A DNA stretch of 64,000 bases from Candidatus Omnitrophota bacterium (GCA_030698625.1 JAUYMS010000034.1:2835-66834), one strand, 5' to 3'. Counted from the stretch's first letter, positions 16,890-27,029 are shown. The notes: generated from the letters alone by a model not told the origin. Numbers and translations: made by a program.

Positions 16890-17933
16890 TTATTCCTCAG
16901 GGGGTGCGTCATTAGGAACCACGGGATCGGGTTCCGGATCTTCCTCTTCGTCAGTAACAACAGCGCCGGTATCAAGCTGAGGATCGAGTCCTGCGCCGGT
17001 ACCCCCGCCGAGATCATTCTGGAAGAACTCGCCATTTCCTGCCGGCGGCTCAGAATTATTTTCCTGACGCTTTTGTGCAACGTCTTCGAGAATGTCCTGA
17101 ATCTGATCAAGCCAGAAAGGATCAATCACAGCCAAGAGAGACTCATCCGGGGATTGACCAAAATCCAAGTCGATCTGAAAACCCTCGGGCACACTCACGG
17201 CCGACCCTTCCTCGCCTTCCAGATAGACCGCGATAGAGCTAGGGTCCTCGCCTTCGTCCGGGACATCCACCGCCGCGGCAACAAACTCGCCGTTACTGGC
17301 GGTGTAGTTGACAAAATACGTGGTTCCGCGCACGGCAGCCACTGCGGTCGGTGTGGTCACCTTCCAGTTGGCATTCTTACCGAGTCCGTCGAAGACATTG
17401 TAAAGCGTGCCGTCCTCGAGAAAAATATCCGTCGGCTCAATCGCGCGAAAAACCGCACGTGTGTTGCCCGGCACCGTGACGATATTGAGGAAACTTTCAT
17501 CGAAGGCAATCTGGACGCGAGCACCTTCGCTCGTGAGCACGATATCCCCTTCCTGAATATAGCTGCCGGCTCTGAGTTTTTGCCAGTCATCAGAGCCCTC
17601 GCGCGCTATCTTGGCGCGTCCCTGTACTTCGTAAATTTTGGCCTGCTTGTCCTGTTTGCTCGCAGCAATAATCTCCGGCGTAGCCGCGATACGGCCCAGC
17701 GAGGGATCCGCAAATACCGCAGACAAAGGGTTCGGAAGCATCCCCGCAACACCCGCCTGACCCGTCGGCGGCAACACCCCCTGCATTCCGCCGTCACCGA
17801 GCAAGGCCTGGTCCACAGATACGTCGCGGCTTGAGGCCGACTCGGCCGCATGCGCCGGAAATGACACAAGACCTACCCCCACGATCACGAGAATAAGGCC
17901 CACGGCCATTTCAAAACGTATTGCTGTTTTCAT
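16890..17933 (-). CDS. FecR-domain protein (periplasmic, acidic Pro/Glu/Asp-rich C-terminal tail)
   Basis: ORF track 16890..17972. Preferred start is ATG at 17933 with GGAGG 6 nt upstream, giving signal peptide MKTAIRFEMAVGLILVIVGVGLVSFPAHA. FecR-like core: GSYIQEGDIVLTSEGARVQIAFDESFLNIVTVPGNTRAVFRAIE...KVTTPTAVAAVRGTTYFVNY. Confidence 0.7.
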   Translation of the reverse strand: MKTAIRFEMAVGLILVIVGVGLVSFPAHAAESASSRDVSVDQALLGDGGMQGVLPPTGQAGVAGMLPNPLSAVFADPSLGRIAATPEIIAASKQDKQAKIYEVQGRAKIAREGSDDWQKLRAGSYIQEGDIVLTSEGARVQIAFDESFLNIVTVPGNTRAVFRAIEPTDIFLEDGTLYNVFDGLGKNANWKVTTPTAVAAVRGTTYFVNYTASNGEFVAAAVDVPDEGEDPSSIAVYLEGEEGSAVSVPEGFQIDLDFGQSPDESLLAVIDPFWLDQIQDILEDVAQKRQENNSEPPAGNGEFFQNDLGGGTGAGLDPQLDTGAVVTDEEEDPEPDPVVPNDAPPEE

Positions 17934-17968
17934 AACAACCTCCGAAAAGATTTTTTTATACTCATCCG

Positions 17969-19339
17969 TCAAAAACTCAAACTGTAAATCACTTGTGCCC
18001 CGCCGATGTGACGGGTGTAATCGAAGAAATTATTCTGATTCCATGCGTGAATGTATCGATAAAAGCCCCGAACGCCCACATTCGGCGTTATGTAATACGT
18101 AACCCCGCCGTAAAGATCCCAATCTACTCCGCGCCGGCGGCTTGAGTCTGCCGTCGAAATCGAGGAAAAGTTATGATAAAAACTAAGTTTAAGCCCGCTC
18201 GAGGCATCAAGGTGCCATCGCTTATGAGGCGCCGCGTGCAATCCCACAGTAGCGTGACCGCCCACACTGTCAAAGTTTCTGCCCCGCGTATGCGCGCTAT
18301 CGAATTCCCCGGTGACAAATGCGAAATTCTGGAAATTCTTTGAGTAAAGATACTGCGTCACTCCGGCTTCGTTAAACACCCCGTCACGGGAAGTTGTGCC
18401 CGGGCTGAATCCGTCTCGAGCGAAATTTCCAATGGTGATTCGATCATACACGAGTGTGCGCGTACGCGGCGCAAATCGTGTGTCTGCACTCAGAATCCAC
18501 CGGTTCTTTACCGAGAACAGATCATCCTCGAGAAAGCCCATCAAAAAATCATACCGCAAGCCTGCGACGACGTCACGATCACCCACCGTTATGCGCTTGC
18601 GAAGATTCAATCCGACCTCTTCTGAATGATAATTAAACTCATTGAGGCCGTCGTCGTGGATTGTCTGCCGCACGCTATAATTAAAATCCACCGCCGCATC
18701 ACCGCGCGAATACAAGCGGTATCGCATGCCAAGGTCGGCTACCTGCCGGCCGGAATTCTGGTCGGAAGCAGCCGCCAAAGAATCGTCATCGGGTCTCAGA
18801 ATAACGTTCGAATCATATTCATATCCATATCGGCCCGCGACATTCCAGCGCTTCACCTTAGTCGGCACACCGCCCATGCGAAGATCGCCGGTGCGCACAA
18901 GCGCTGTTTCCGCCCATTCCCCGTAGGTTGTTCCCTTCCCATCTTTGGCGACGCGCGCCCATTCTTTCGAAGCCAGCTCCGCATTACCGCTGCGGTAATA
19001 GGCCTGTCCTAAAAAATAGCGCGTTGGGACATGATCGGCGTCAGTCTTAAGTAGTTTTTTAAAGATCGGGATGGCTTCAGACGATCTTCCGAGCCGATCG
19101 AGCGTCATGGCCCGATAGCGCAGCAACAAGGGGTCGCCGGGATACTTCTCGATTAGTGCATCGAGAGCGCTCAAGGTACGCTCGTAATCGCCCGACTGGA
19201 ACAGAGCACCGGCTTCGCTATTCAGAAATTCAGCTGCTGAGATGCTACTTCGCAGCCCGTCATCGGCATGTGCAAGACCGTTATTGTACAGTGCTACGAC
19301 CAGCACCGTGAAACCCAGCAGCACTTGAAGTTTCTTCAA
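17969..19339 (-). CDS. TPR-repeat plus outer-membrane beta-barrel protein
   Basis: Signal peptide MKKLQVLLGFTVLVVALYNNGLAHA. N-terminal TPR-like helices (YERTLSALDALIEKYPGDPLLLRYRAMTLDRLGRSSEAIPIFKKLL). C-terminal alternating amphipathic strands ending in aromatic ...GAQVIYSLSF, typical of OM beta-barrels. Confidence 0.65.
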   Translation of the reverse strand: MKKLQVLLGFTVLVVALYNNGLAHADDGLRSSISAAEFLNSEAGALFQSGDYERTLSALDALIEKYPGDPLLLRYRAMTLDRLGRSSEAIPIFKKLLKTDADHVPTRYFLGQAYYRSGNAELASKEWARVAKDGKGTTYGEWAETALVRTGDLRMGGVPTKVKRWNVAGRYGYEYDSNVILRPDDDSLAAASDQNSGRQVADLGMRYRLYSRGDAAVDFNYSVRQTIHDDGLNEFNYHSEEVGLNLRKRITVGDRDVVAGLRYDFLMGFLEDDLFSVKNRWILSADTRFAPRTRTLVYDRITIGNFARDGFSPGTTSRDGVFNEAGVTQYLYSKNFQNFAFVTGEFDSAHTRGRNFDSVGGHATVGLHAAPHKRWHLDASSGLKLSFYHNFSSISTADSSRRRGVDWDLYGGVTYYITPNVGVRGFYRYIHAWNQNNFFDYTRHIGGAQVIYSLSF

Positions 19340-19551
19340 GGATTCTGAGCCTCTAATAATTCTTGATCAAATCCCTGCTGTGGGGCTCCGGGACCGGTCT
19401 CCGGGGGTACGTCTGGCAGGCGGGTTACCGACAATTCTGAATCCAGAGTCGACTCGCCTAGCGCGTGCTGATTTTGCACGGCTTTGCAACCCAGTAAGTT
19501 CAAGCTCAGTAGTAAGATAAGTAAGAGTATGTGGAGTTTGGATTGGTTCAT
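19336..19551 (-). CDS. Small lipoprotein (71 aa)
   Basis: MNQSKLHILLLILLLSLNLLGC has a lipobox LLGC. The stop overlaps the downstream OM-barrel gene start by 4 nt (19336-19339), suggesting an operon. Confidence 0.5.
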   Translation of the reverse strand: MNQSKLHILLLILLLSLNLLGCKAVQNQHALGESTLDSELSVTRLPDVPPETGPGAPQQGFDQELLEAQNP

Positions 19552-19797
19552 CGGTAGGGCGGTATCTTAAACGGTGACAGCGCCTTATGCAAGCTTTTTA
19601 AGTCATTGATATGATTGAGTTTAGATCTATTTTCTCAGTTCGGCTCAGTATTTGTTGTGATTCTGCCGAAATACAGGACATGGAAATTCTAAAACTCTTC
19701 AAGAGAGAGAAGCAGGCGGCAGAGCGTCCTCAGGGTATTGCCTGGCCGAAGCCCACACAGCCGGTCGAAGGCGAACCCACCCTGCGCACCTAGCAGC

Positions 19798-20529
19798 CTA
19801 TGATTTGCTAAAGGCCTCGGCGAGTTTGTCGCGGAAGCTATCAAACCGCAGATCAAGCTCAAGGTCAAATCGATCTAGGTCCTCGTACTTTCCCGTGATG
19901 AGAAAATTCAAACGGTAATCCGGTGTGTAGAAAAAGATGTGGCGCCGGTCCTTCTTTCGAGATCCAAAATCCGTGTATTCGGCGTTCACTTCGAGTGCCG
20001 TGACCGCACCGGTATCAGTCACCGTCACCTGCGTGCTTGTCCCATACCGCTTCTCGTAAAATTCAGCAAACTTTCCGCCGAGTTTTTCGATATGCAGCCT
20101 GAATTCATCCCTCGATAGATCGGAGAGCGCCTCGCTACGCAGAGGCACTTTCCCTGCGATTACCAGGATGTCGTAATCAGGAGCCCGCCAGACCGCCGTG
20201 GCCCCGGGAGAAAGCGACTGAGCCAGTTTCTGAACCTGCGCAAAATCGGGATTGAGCTCATTGACGGGCGCGAAGTCGTCTGACAATTCTAAAAGTGAAA
20301 GCTCGGGCGGATTCGCGTCCGAGGTTTCTAGTATTTGTGCAGGGTCGTCGGTCCACGCAGTTTGAATGAACCCGGCCGGTTTAACGGCGGCAGAATCAGA
20401 TTCAGAGACTCCGGCTAGCCTACGATTCTTGCGGGCAAGAATATTGTCGAGCTCGAGTTCTGTATTTGTGGACGCACATCCTGAAACGATTAAGATTGAA
20501 ACAAGGGAGGTTGTAAGGACAGCCCTCAC
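19798..20529 (-). CDS. Hypothetical lipoprotein
   Basis: MRAVLTTSLVSILIVSGCAST has a lipobox IVSGC. No recognisable catalytic motif. Confidence 0.55.
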   Translation of the reverse strand: MRAVLTTSLVSILIVSGCASTNTELELDNILARKNRRLAGVSESDSAAVKPAGFIQTAWTDDPAQILETSDANPPELSLLELSDDFAPVNELNPDFAQVQKLAQSLSPGATAVWRAPDYDILVIAGKVPLRSEALSDLSRDEFRLHIEKLGGKFAEFYEKRYGTSTQVTVTDTGAVTALEVNAEYTDFGSRKKDRRHIFFYTPDYRLNFLITGKYEDLDRFDLELDLRFDSFRDKLAEAFSKS

Positions 20530-20540
20530 GGATCGGGCCC

Positions 20541-21236
20541 TTAGCTTTTCCTGCGGATAAATCTCCGGCTTTGCAGGCCGGCGCCTGCCAGTGCCGTTGC
20601 GAGCAGTACCATCGTAGAAGGTTCAGGGACAGCGGGGCCTGGCCCCTGATTAGGGGCTACGAACGCTGCCGTAATAAAAGCTTCTTCTCCCCCGCCGTCG
20701 ATATTCGTGAACTGCGCCGAAATACGGAATTGGTATCCGTTTCCGGTAAACAAGCTGAGATTCATGGTGGGAGAAAATACCAGAAAGTCATGAGAACCCG
20801 AACCCGTATTCGACGCCGAATACACCGTACCCGAGGTACCGGTCAACTCGATCAGACCTTCTACTGTAATCAACTGCCCCGGATCAAAGACACCGTTGTT
20901 AACCGCATCGAGTGACCAGGATGCGACCTCGGTATTGGTAGAAGGATTCCATACCTGAAAATTGGCAATAAGATTTAGATCCCGGTCTGCGGCACTCCCC
21001 GGTTCGACAAGATCAAAAGTAAAAACAGGTATCGTCGCCTGCGGGCCAGCCTGGCTTTGTAGATAGGCAAACAAGGTATCCACAAGCACAGGGCCACCCG
21101 GTTGCGCGCCGGCTCCCCACACCCCGGAAAACGAACCGCATGATGGACACCCACCGGCTACAGAAGGCACAGGCTCTTCAAACACAAAACCGCCACCTAC
21201 GGGGTCATTATCAATTCCTCCAGCCTGGGTCAACAA
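20541..21236 (-). pseudogene. PEP-CTERM protein, C-terminal part; appears frameshifted relative to its signal-peptide-bearing N-terminal part (21230..21448)
   Basis: C-terminus AVPEPSTMVLLATALAGAGLQSRRFIRRKS is a PEP-CTERM anchor. The ORF only opens with a TTG codon and has no signal peptide. The adjacent upstream ORF 21230..21490, in the +1 frame, encodes a signal peptide (MRKFIIAIAFICYMSRPALA) and ends 7 nt inside this ORF. Confidence 0.45.
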
Positions 21237-21448
21237 TACGATATCCAGGTTGCCGAGACCGGCCGGTCCGTTAAAGCCGGTAAACTAAACTGTGTCAGGA
21301 GTTGGGTATTGTAGGAGAGAAATTCGTCGAACTGACGAACGATAGGAAGGCCATCCACAATTGTTGTTGGATCCGGCAGGACCACGACCGCAAGTGCCGG
21401 CCGGCTCATATAGCATATGAAGGCAATGGCGATGATGAATTTACGCAT
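21230..21448 (-). pseudogene. N-terminal (signal peptide) fragment of the frameshifted PEP-CTERM gene
   Basis: MRKFIIAIAFICYMSRPALAVVVLPDPTTIVDGLPIV... terminates at TGA overlapping the TTG start of 20541..21236. Confidence 0.4.
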
Positions 21449-21608
21449 CGTTACGTTGTGTCGCAAGATTGATGCCAACTGCTCACACATGAAGAGCGCT
21501 GATCAATCAAATAGCCAATTTTCTATATTTAGCTTACTTTAAAGGCGTGACTGAAGCACAAACTATTCGGCAAATGCTGATTTTTTTAGACGGATTGTCC
21601 TGCGAAGA

Positions 21609-23288
21609 CTACTTCGAGGCGCTTTTGAGCATCTCTTGGGCGTGGGTCTTGGAAATTTGAGTCTCGTCTTCGCCGCTCATCATTTGAGCCAATTCCTGAA
21701 CTCTCTCCTGCCCCGCAAGGACCTTATAGGCTACTTGCGTCTTACCCTTTTCGACCCACTTCTCGACTTTGATATGCCTGTCGGCATACGAAGCTATCTG
21801 CGGCAGATGCGTGATGAGGAGAACCTGCCGTTCGCCGGAGATCTGCTTTAACTTATCCCCGACAACACGGCCGAGGCGGCCGCCGATATTCGCATCGATT
21901 TCATCGAAGATGAGCGTCGGGATGGAGTCCACTTTCATCAGCGCACGTTTAAGGGCCAGGATGATGCGCGACGCCTCACCGCTCGAGGCAATCTCGGCAA
22001 GCGGTTTGAGCGGCTCCCCGGCATTCGGACTCATAAAGAATTCGATTATGTCCTGTCCTCTCGGGCCAAAATCCCCTTTGGAAGCGCGGCATTCAAAACG
22101 CGCGTGGCGTATATTAAGTTCCCGCAACTCTCCTTCAACGACCTTTCCTAAATCCGCAGCACGCTTAACGCGCTTCTGGCTGAGCGCCGCGGCATTCTGT
22201 TTAAGGCCTGTCAGCACTTCATCGATTTCCTTATCGAGGTCCTTTTCATAAACTTCCGAGTTCTCGAGCGCATCCAGCTTCTCTTTCGCCTCCGAACAGA
22301 ACTCCAGGACCTGCTGGATCGTAATCCCATATTTACGTTTCAAGTGCTCCATCCTGTCGATGCGACTTTCAAGTTCTTCCAGGCGGTCTTCGTCAAAGGA
22401 AAGATCGGCACGATAATCCTGTACCGTTCGAATGATTTCTTCCAGGTTCAGCCCGACTGCCCCCATTTCTTCTTTCGTCTTCTCGATGGAGTCATCAATG
22501 CGGTGCCAGTCATCAAAGCACCGGCTGATACTCCCCAGCAGGCTCGACGCAGAGTCTTCCTTTTCGTCCAGCGCCGTAAGAATCTCGGAAGTCAGGTCAT
22601 AGAGCTTCTGTGCGTGAGCCAGCCGTATTTTCTCCTCGGTCAAGTGCAAGTCCTCGTCCGGCTTCGGGTTGACGCTTTCAATCTCCTCGATTTGATACTT
22701 CAGCAGGTCGACTTGCCGCTCCTTGCCGTCACGAGCCGCGAGCAGGCTTTCTTTCTTACGCAGCAGTTTTTGGAATTGATGATAGATCACGCGATAGGAT
22801 TCCAACAGAGACGCCGAAGGCCCTGCGACAATACCGGCAAGGCGGTCGATAAATTCCAGATGGGAATCCGGTTCAAACAGACGCTGGTTGTCGTAATGCC
22901 CGTGGAAATCAACAAGAGCACATGCGATATCACGCAGCGCGGAAAGATTGACAACGCGGCCGTTAACGAAATTCTTACTGCGGCCGGCGAGCGTCACCTC
23001 TCTTTTCAAGATGACATACTCATCGCCTTCTTCGAGGATCTGTTGAAAGATTTCTTTGTTTCGAAGATTTTCGTCCGTCGCTAGAAAAGCGGCTTCGATG
23101 ATACAGGGGCGGCTTTTATCACGCACCATCTCGATTTCCATCCGCTCGCCCAAAGCCATACGCAGCGCGTCAATCAAAATGGATTTTCCCGCACCCGTCT
23201 CCCCCGTAAGCGCGTTGAGGCCTGCTCCGAAATCGAGCGTCATCTCGTCGATGAGCGCGAAGTTTTTAATGGAAATCTGTGTCAGCAT
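21609..23288 (-). CDS. recN: DNA repair protein RecN
   Basis: MLTQISIKNFALIDEMTLDFGAGLNALTGETGAGKSILIDAL (Walker A), long central coiled coil, and C-terminal signature/D-loop region (ASSGEASRIILALK...LIFDEIDANIGG). Length 559 aa, typical of RecN. Confidence 0.9.
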   Translation of the reverse strand: MLTQISIKNFALIDEMTLDFGAGLNALTGETGAGKSILIDALRMALGERMEIEMVRDKSRPCIIEAAFLATDENLRNKEIFQQILEEGDEYVILKREVTLAGRSKNFVNGRVVNLSALRDIACALVDFHGHYDNQRLFEPDSHLEFIDRLAGIVAGPSASLLESYRVIYHQFQKLLRKKESLLAARDGKERQVDLLKYQIEEIESVNPKPDEDLHLTEEKIRLAHAQKLYDLTSEILTALDEKEDSASSLLGSISRCFDDWHRIDDSIEKTKEEMGAVGLNLEEIIRTVQDYRADLSFDEDRLEELESRIDRMEHLKRKYGITIQQVLEFCSEAKEKLDALENSEVYEKDLDKEIDEVLTGLKQNAAALSQKRVKRAADLGKVVEGELRELNIRHARFECRASKGDFGPRGQDIIEFFMSPNAGEPLKPLAEIASSGEASRIILALKRALMKVDSIPTLIFDEIDANIGGRLGRVVGDKLKQISGERQVLLITHLPQIASYADRHIKVEKWVEKGKTQVAYKVLAGQERVQELAQMMSGEDETQISKTHAQEMLKSASK

Positions 23289-24037
23289 TAGGCTAAGCGG
23301 CTTTTAAACTCCGGCCAGGGGAAATTGAGGCCCGGGCATTCGGTGTTCTTTCCCGGGACATCGCCGTGGCGGATAACGCGATCAGTCGAAATATTATAGT
23401 AGCTTTGCAGCGTCTTCACCAGGTAAACGAGATTACTGAGCTGCCGCTGGGAAACCCGGCTCTCGCTGTAATTGCCTACGAGCGAGATGCCGATACCGTG
23501 ATCATTCATGCCGTTGGCATTGGCGTGGGCACCGTGCTTCTGTTTAACCCATCGAGGGCCGACTTCGATCTGCCCGTCCATCTTGCCGTTTGTGCCGTTA
23601 TCCACCAGGAAGTGATAGCCCAGGCCCCCTTCCCAACCCCGCTTGTGATGCAACTGATCGATACTGCGCGCATTTCCCGCTTCGGTGGCTGTATGGTGGA
23701 TCACGATATGAGTCCAGCGAAGAGACGGAAACAGCGGCACGGTCGCGCGCGGCCCGCGCGTATCGGGGACAATGACGGTCTGACCGTTATTGATCTGCGA
23801 TGCATTAGAGATATTGTTGGCGCGCATCAACGCCTCAATCGAAACACCGTAAGTCTTTGAGATCCGCCAAAGCGTTTCGCCCGGACCTACCTCATGCGAA
23901 ATGGTGCGAGGGACGTCGAAAGGCGCGGGTGGAGCAAAACTACTGGGCGTGGTTGAGGGAAAAGGATGCTGATACGGCGCCTGTGTGGCGCAACCGGCTA
24001 AAAGAACCAGAGAGACAATGACCGCATGCCTTTTCAT
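23288..24037 (-). CDS. LysM-domain N-acetylmuramoyl-L-alanine amidase (Amidase_2/PGRP family) lipoprotein
   Basis: Lipobox LVLLAGC. LysM: ISHEVGPGETLWRISKTYGVSIEALMRANNISNASQINNGQTVIVP. Amidase_2 zinc-ligand region: WTHIVIHHTATE...GYHFLVDNGTNG...RHGDV...CPG. TAATG stop/start overlap with recN. Confidence 0.8.
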   Translation of the reverse strand: MKRHAVIVSLVLLAGCATQAPYQHPFPSTTPSSFAPPAPFDVPRTISHEVGPGETLWRISKTYGVSIEALMRANNISNASQINNGQTVIVPDTRGPRATVPLFPSLRWTHIVIHHTATEAGNARSIDQLHHKRGWEGGLGYHFLVDNGTNGKMDGQIEVGPRWVKQKHGAHANANGMNDHGIGISLVGNYSESRVSQRQLSNLVYLVKTLQSYYNISTDRVIRHGDVPGKNTECPGLNFPWPEFKSRLA

Positions 24038-24072
24038 ATCCCACAGTTTAACGCCAAAATACCTCTTTATCT

Positions 24073-26919
24073 TTAGTCTTTGAGATACGCGGTCAGACGC
24101 TTCTCAAAAGCGGCAATGCCGCCCAGCGCATTCTTGCCAAGGTCTACCACCAACAGGGGTTTTTCACGATCCGTAAGGGCCTCGTAATCACCGAGGGCCT
24201 GTGCCCGCTTTAGTTGCTCAAAGGTGAGGTCGGTGTCGGGAATCTTGAGTCCGCCGGCATCACGCGTGAGGAACAACACAAAATACCCGCGGTGGGGCCC
24301 GCCCTTATAGAGCTGACCTATCGAATGCAAATACCTGGGCCCAAAACCCAAAAGCGCCGGGACCTTAAAGTGGACACTGATCTTCTTCTGGATCCTCCCA
24401 AGGGCTTTCTGTACCTGAGGACTTCTTTCCGTGTACGCAAGCATTGCGGCATACGCGCCTTCGTTCAAGCCGTAGAAAAACTTAGCGAAGTCGAACTTGC
24501 CCCTGGCGTCCGTCAGCTCCTCGGGATCGTCGAGCTTTCCTTTCTCAGAAAGGTGCGTAAGCAGTCGTGCCGTATTGTCCTTGCTCTCTTTTACATTCGG
24601 CTCGTCAAACGGATTGATCCCCAGGACTGCACTGGCCGCCGCCGTGGCCACTTCCCATCGAAGAAACTCGGCCCCGATATCCAACCGACTTTTCCACTCA
24701 AGCTCCAGCACGGGAAACCCCGCCTTTTTGAGTGCCCGCACTCTCCTGGCAATTTCGGCGACAGGATCTCCCTTGAGCTTAATAACGACAAAAAAACGGT
24801 CATTCGCGTACTGAGCGGGATCCCGTGCCTCTTCGCCGACCACGGGAATAATTCCTTTGCCTTCCTTACCCGTACTTTCCGCTATGAGCTGTTCCAGCCA
24901 TGGCTCGAACGGACGCAGTGATTTCGATGATACGAAAGTCAGTTTGTCCCTTCCCTGCAGAGCCAGTTCCCCGAGAATCACGCCGAGATTCACACCCGGA
25001 TTATTCTGCACCTTTGAGGCAGACTGCGACTGCGCATAAAATCCGCGGGCGCTTCTCAGGATGCCGCGCACATCGGCTCCCATGAGCGAACCGGGCACGA
25101 TCCCGAAAAACGAAAGTGCCGAGTAGCGGCCGCCGATGTCGGACGGGTTCAAAAAAATCTTGCGAAACGCACGTTCACGCGCAAGTCGTTGGAGTGACGA
25201 GTCTTCATCCGTAATGGCAATAAAATGCCGGCCGGTTTTTAACCGTTGGTCCGCGCCGCTACCGATTGCCTTTGCGACGCTGTCGTAGAAGTAATGCAGC
25301 TGCGCCATCGTTTCCACGGTGCCGCCCGATTTGCTGGCCACGATGAATGCCGTCCGCTTGAGATTGAGCCGGCGATTCAACTTTGAAATCGTTCCGGCGT
25401 CGGTAGTGTCGACCACTTGAAAACGCGGGAAACTCGGAACACACCTGCATACAGCGCTAATAACCTCCGGCGCAAGACTCGACCCCCCCATACCGAGCAG
25501 GACGATATCCTTGACGCCTTCTCGGCGCAAATCGGCCGACAGCTCATCCAATTCATACAACCGGCCAAGAATCCAATCAGCCACCTCTAGCCAGCCGAGG
25601 CGATTAGCAATCACACTCCGATGTTTGGCATCCGGCTTCCATACCGACGGATCCCTCTCAAAGATGCGTTCACAGATTCTTTCCTTATCTAACGAAACAA
25701 TACGGTCGCGAATCTGGTTTTTAACCTTCGGAAGAGTGACCGTCATCTTCCCGGGTTTAAAAGCACCCTTACTCTTTTCGCGAATCATCTCAAGGCTCTT
25801 GATCAGAGAATCGAAGGAGTCGGTAAAAGAAATCACGCCGTCATACTGCAGCTTCTCGCCGGCATCGATTAGATCAATTCCCCACGTCTTCAGTTGTTCG
25901 ATGACATTACCCGCATCGTCGATATCTTTCGCGACGGTATTCGGACAAACTTCGCCGTGATCAAGAAAAGCTTCCAATGTCGCCGTCGGCATGGTGTTGA
26001 CCGTCTCGGGCCCGATAAGCGGCTCAACGTAAAGAAGATCATGGTACTTTGGGTTCTTTGCGCTTGTGCTGCCCCAGAGGACTTTCTGGATGGTTGCTCC
26101 TCGTTCCTGCAGCGCGCGAAACCTTCCGGAACCGAAGACGTCTTTAAATTCATGATAGATTAAACGGGAATTGGATACCGCCACCTTCCCGCGCAGCTTG
26201 TCGATTTCGGCCCTTTGTTCCGCATCGGTTTCGCGGGCGTAGATGACGTCTAACTGCTTGTCGACGAGACTGTCGATGCGGCTGACGAACACACTCGCGA
26301 CCGAATGAACCCGGCTCAGATCTCCGCCCGAGTCCTTAAACTGCTCAAGGCCTTCTATATATACATTGGCAACATCCTGGTAATGCTTCATCGAAAACAT
26401 GAGCGTCACGTTTACATTAATACCCTGACCGATCAAGGCTTTTACGGCAGGAAGCCCTGCAGATGTTGCGGGAATCTTGATCATGACATTCGGACGCCCC
26501 ACCTCACGAAAAAGACGCCTTCCCTCTTCAACGGAACGGGCCGTGTTGTCGGCCAGGTCGGGACGCACCTCCAAACTCACAAAACCGTGCTCGCCCTTGG
26601 AGTCCTTGAATACCGGCAGAAAAAGATCGCATGCAGCTCGAATATCCTTAATCGTAAGCGCGTCGTAGATTTGAAGAATACCCGCACCCTTGCCGAGGAG
26701 GCGGCGAATATCACGTTCATAGCCACCGCCTTGTTTATTGATAGCTTTCTCAAAAATTGTGGGATTGGAGGTCACTCCGAGAAGCCCCTGCTTTTCAATA
26801 AGGGCTTTGAGTTTGCCTGAGCTCAGAAGCTCACGGCTGATATTGTCGAGCCAAGGGCTCTGTCCTGCTTGAGCTAATTGCTTTGTCGTCGGTACGCGAG
26901 TGGCAGTCATAGTGCTCAT
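24073..26919 (-). CDS. Bifunctional transaldolase / glucose-6-phosphate isomerase
   Basis: ORF track extends to 27117, but ATG at 26919 is preceded by AAGGGAG and begins the conserved transaldolase N-terminus (MSTMTATRVPTTKQLAQAGQSPWLDNISREL...LLGVTSNPTIFEKA...IKIPAT). The C-terminal half has PGI signatures (VLLGMGGSSLAPEV, FIVASKSGGTVETM, GGRYSALSFFG). Confidence 0.85.
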   Translation of the reverse strand: MSTMTATRVPTTKQLAQAGQSPWLDNISRELLSSGKLKALIEKQGLLGVTSNPTIFEKAINKQGGGYERDIRRLLGKGAGILQIYDALTIKDIRAACDLFLPVFKDSKGEHGFVSLEVRPDLADNTARSVEEGRRLFREVGRPNVMIKIPATSAGLPAVKALIGQGINVNVTLMFSMKHYQDVANVYIEGLEQFKDSGGDLSRVHSVASVFVSRIDSLVDKQLDVIYARETDAEQRAEIDKLRGKVAVSNSRLIYHEFKDVFGSGRFRALQERGATIQKVLWGSTSAKNPKYHDLLYVEPLIGPETVNTMPTATLEAFLDHGEVCPNTVAKDIDDAGNVIEQLKTWGIDLIDAGEKLQYDGVISFTDSFDSLIKSLEMIREKSKGAFKPGKMTVTLPKVKNQIRDRIVSLDKERICERIFERDPSVWKPDAKHRSVIANRLGWLEVADWILGRLYELDELSADLRREGVKDIVLLGMGGSSLAPEVISAVCRCVPSFPRFQVVDTTDAGTISKLNRRLNLKRTAFIVASKSGGTVETMAQLHYFYDSVAKAIGSGADQRLKTGRHFIAITDEDSSLQRLARERAFRKIFLNPSDIGGRYSALSFFGIVPGSLMGADVRGILRSARGFYAQSQSASKVQNNPGVNLGVILGELALQGRDKLTFVSSKSLRPFEPWLEQLIAESTGKEGKGIIPVVGEEARDPAQYANDRFFVVIKLKGDPVAEIARRVRALKKAGFPVLELEWKSRLDIGAEFLRWEVATAAASAVLGINPFDEPNVKESKDNTARLLTHLSEKGKLDDPEELTDARGKFDFAKFFYGLNEGAYAAMLAYTERSPQVQKALGRIQKKISVHFKVPALLGFGPRYLHSIGQLYKGGPHRGYFVLFLTRDAGGLKIPDTDLTFEQLKRAQALGDYEALTDREKPLLVVDLGKNALGGIAAFEKRLTAYLKD

Positions 26920-27029
26920 CCAGCTAGCTCCCTTGTGAGTGAATGATTTCGTGGCATGCTGTCTGCAGGATACCAAAAAAATGGGCTGAGCGCTACAGCG
27001 AAACGGCGCGAACGGGATGTTCGCGTCAG

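Noticed and set aside
17934-17972. Longer FecR-protein start at 17972 (MTDEYKKIFSEVV...)
   Set aside because: The internal ATG at 17933 has a GGAGG SD and directly begins a signal peptide. The upstream 13 codons would overlap the end of the preceding gene.
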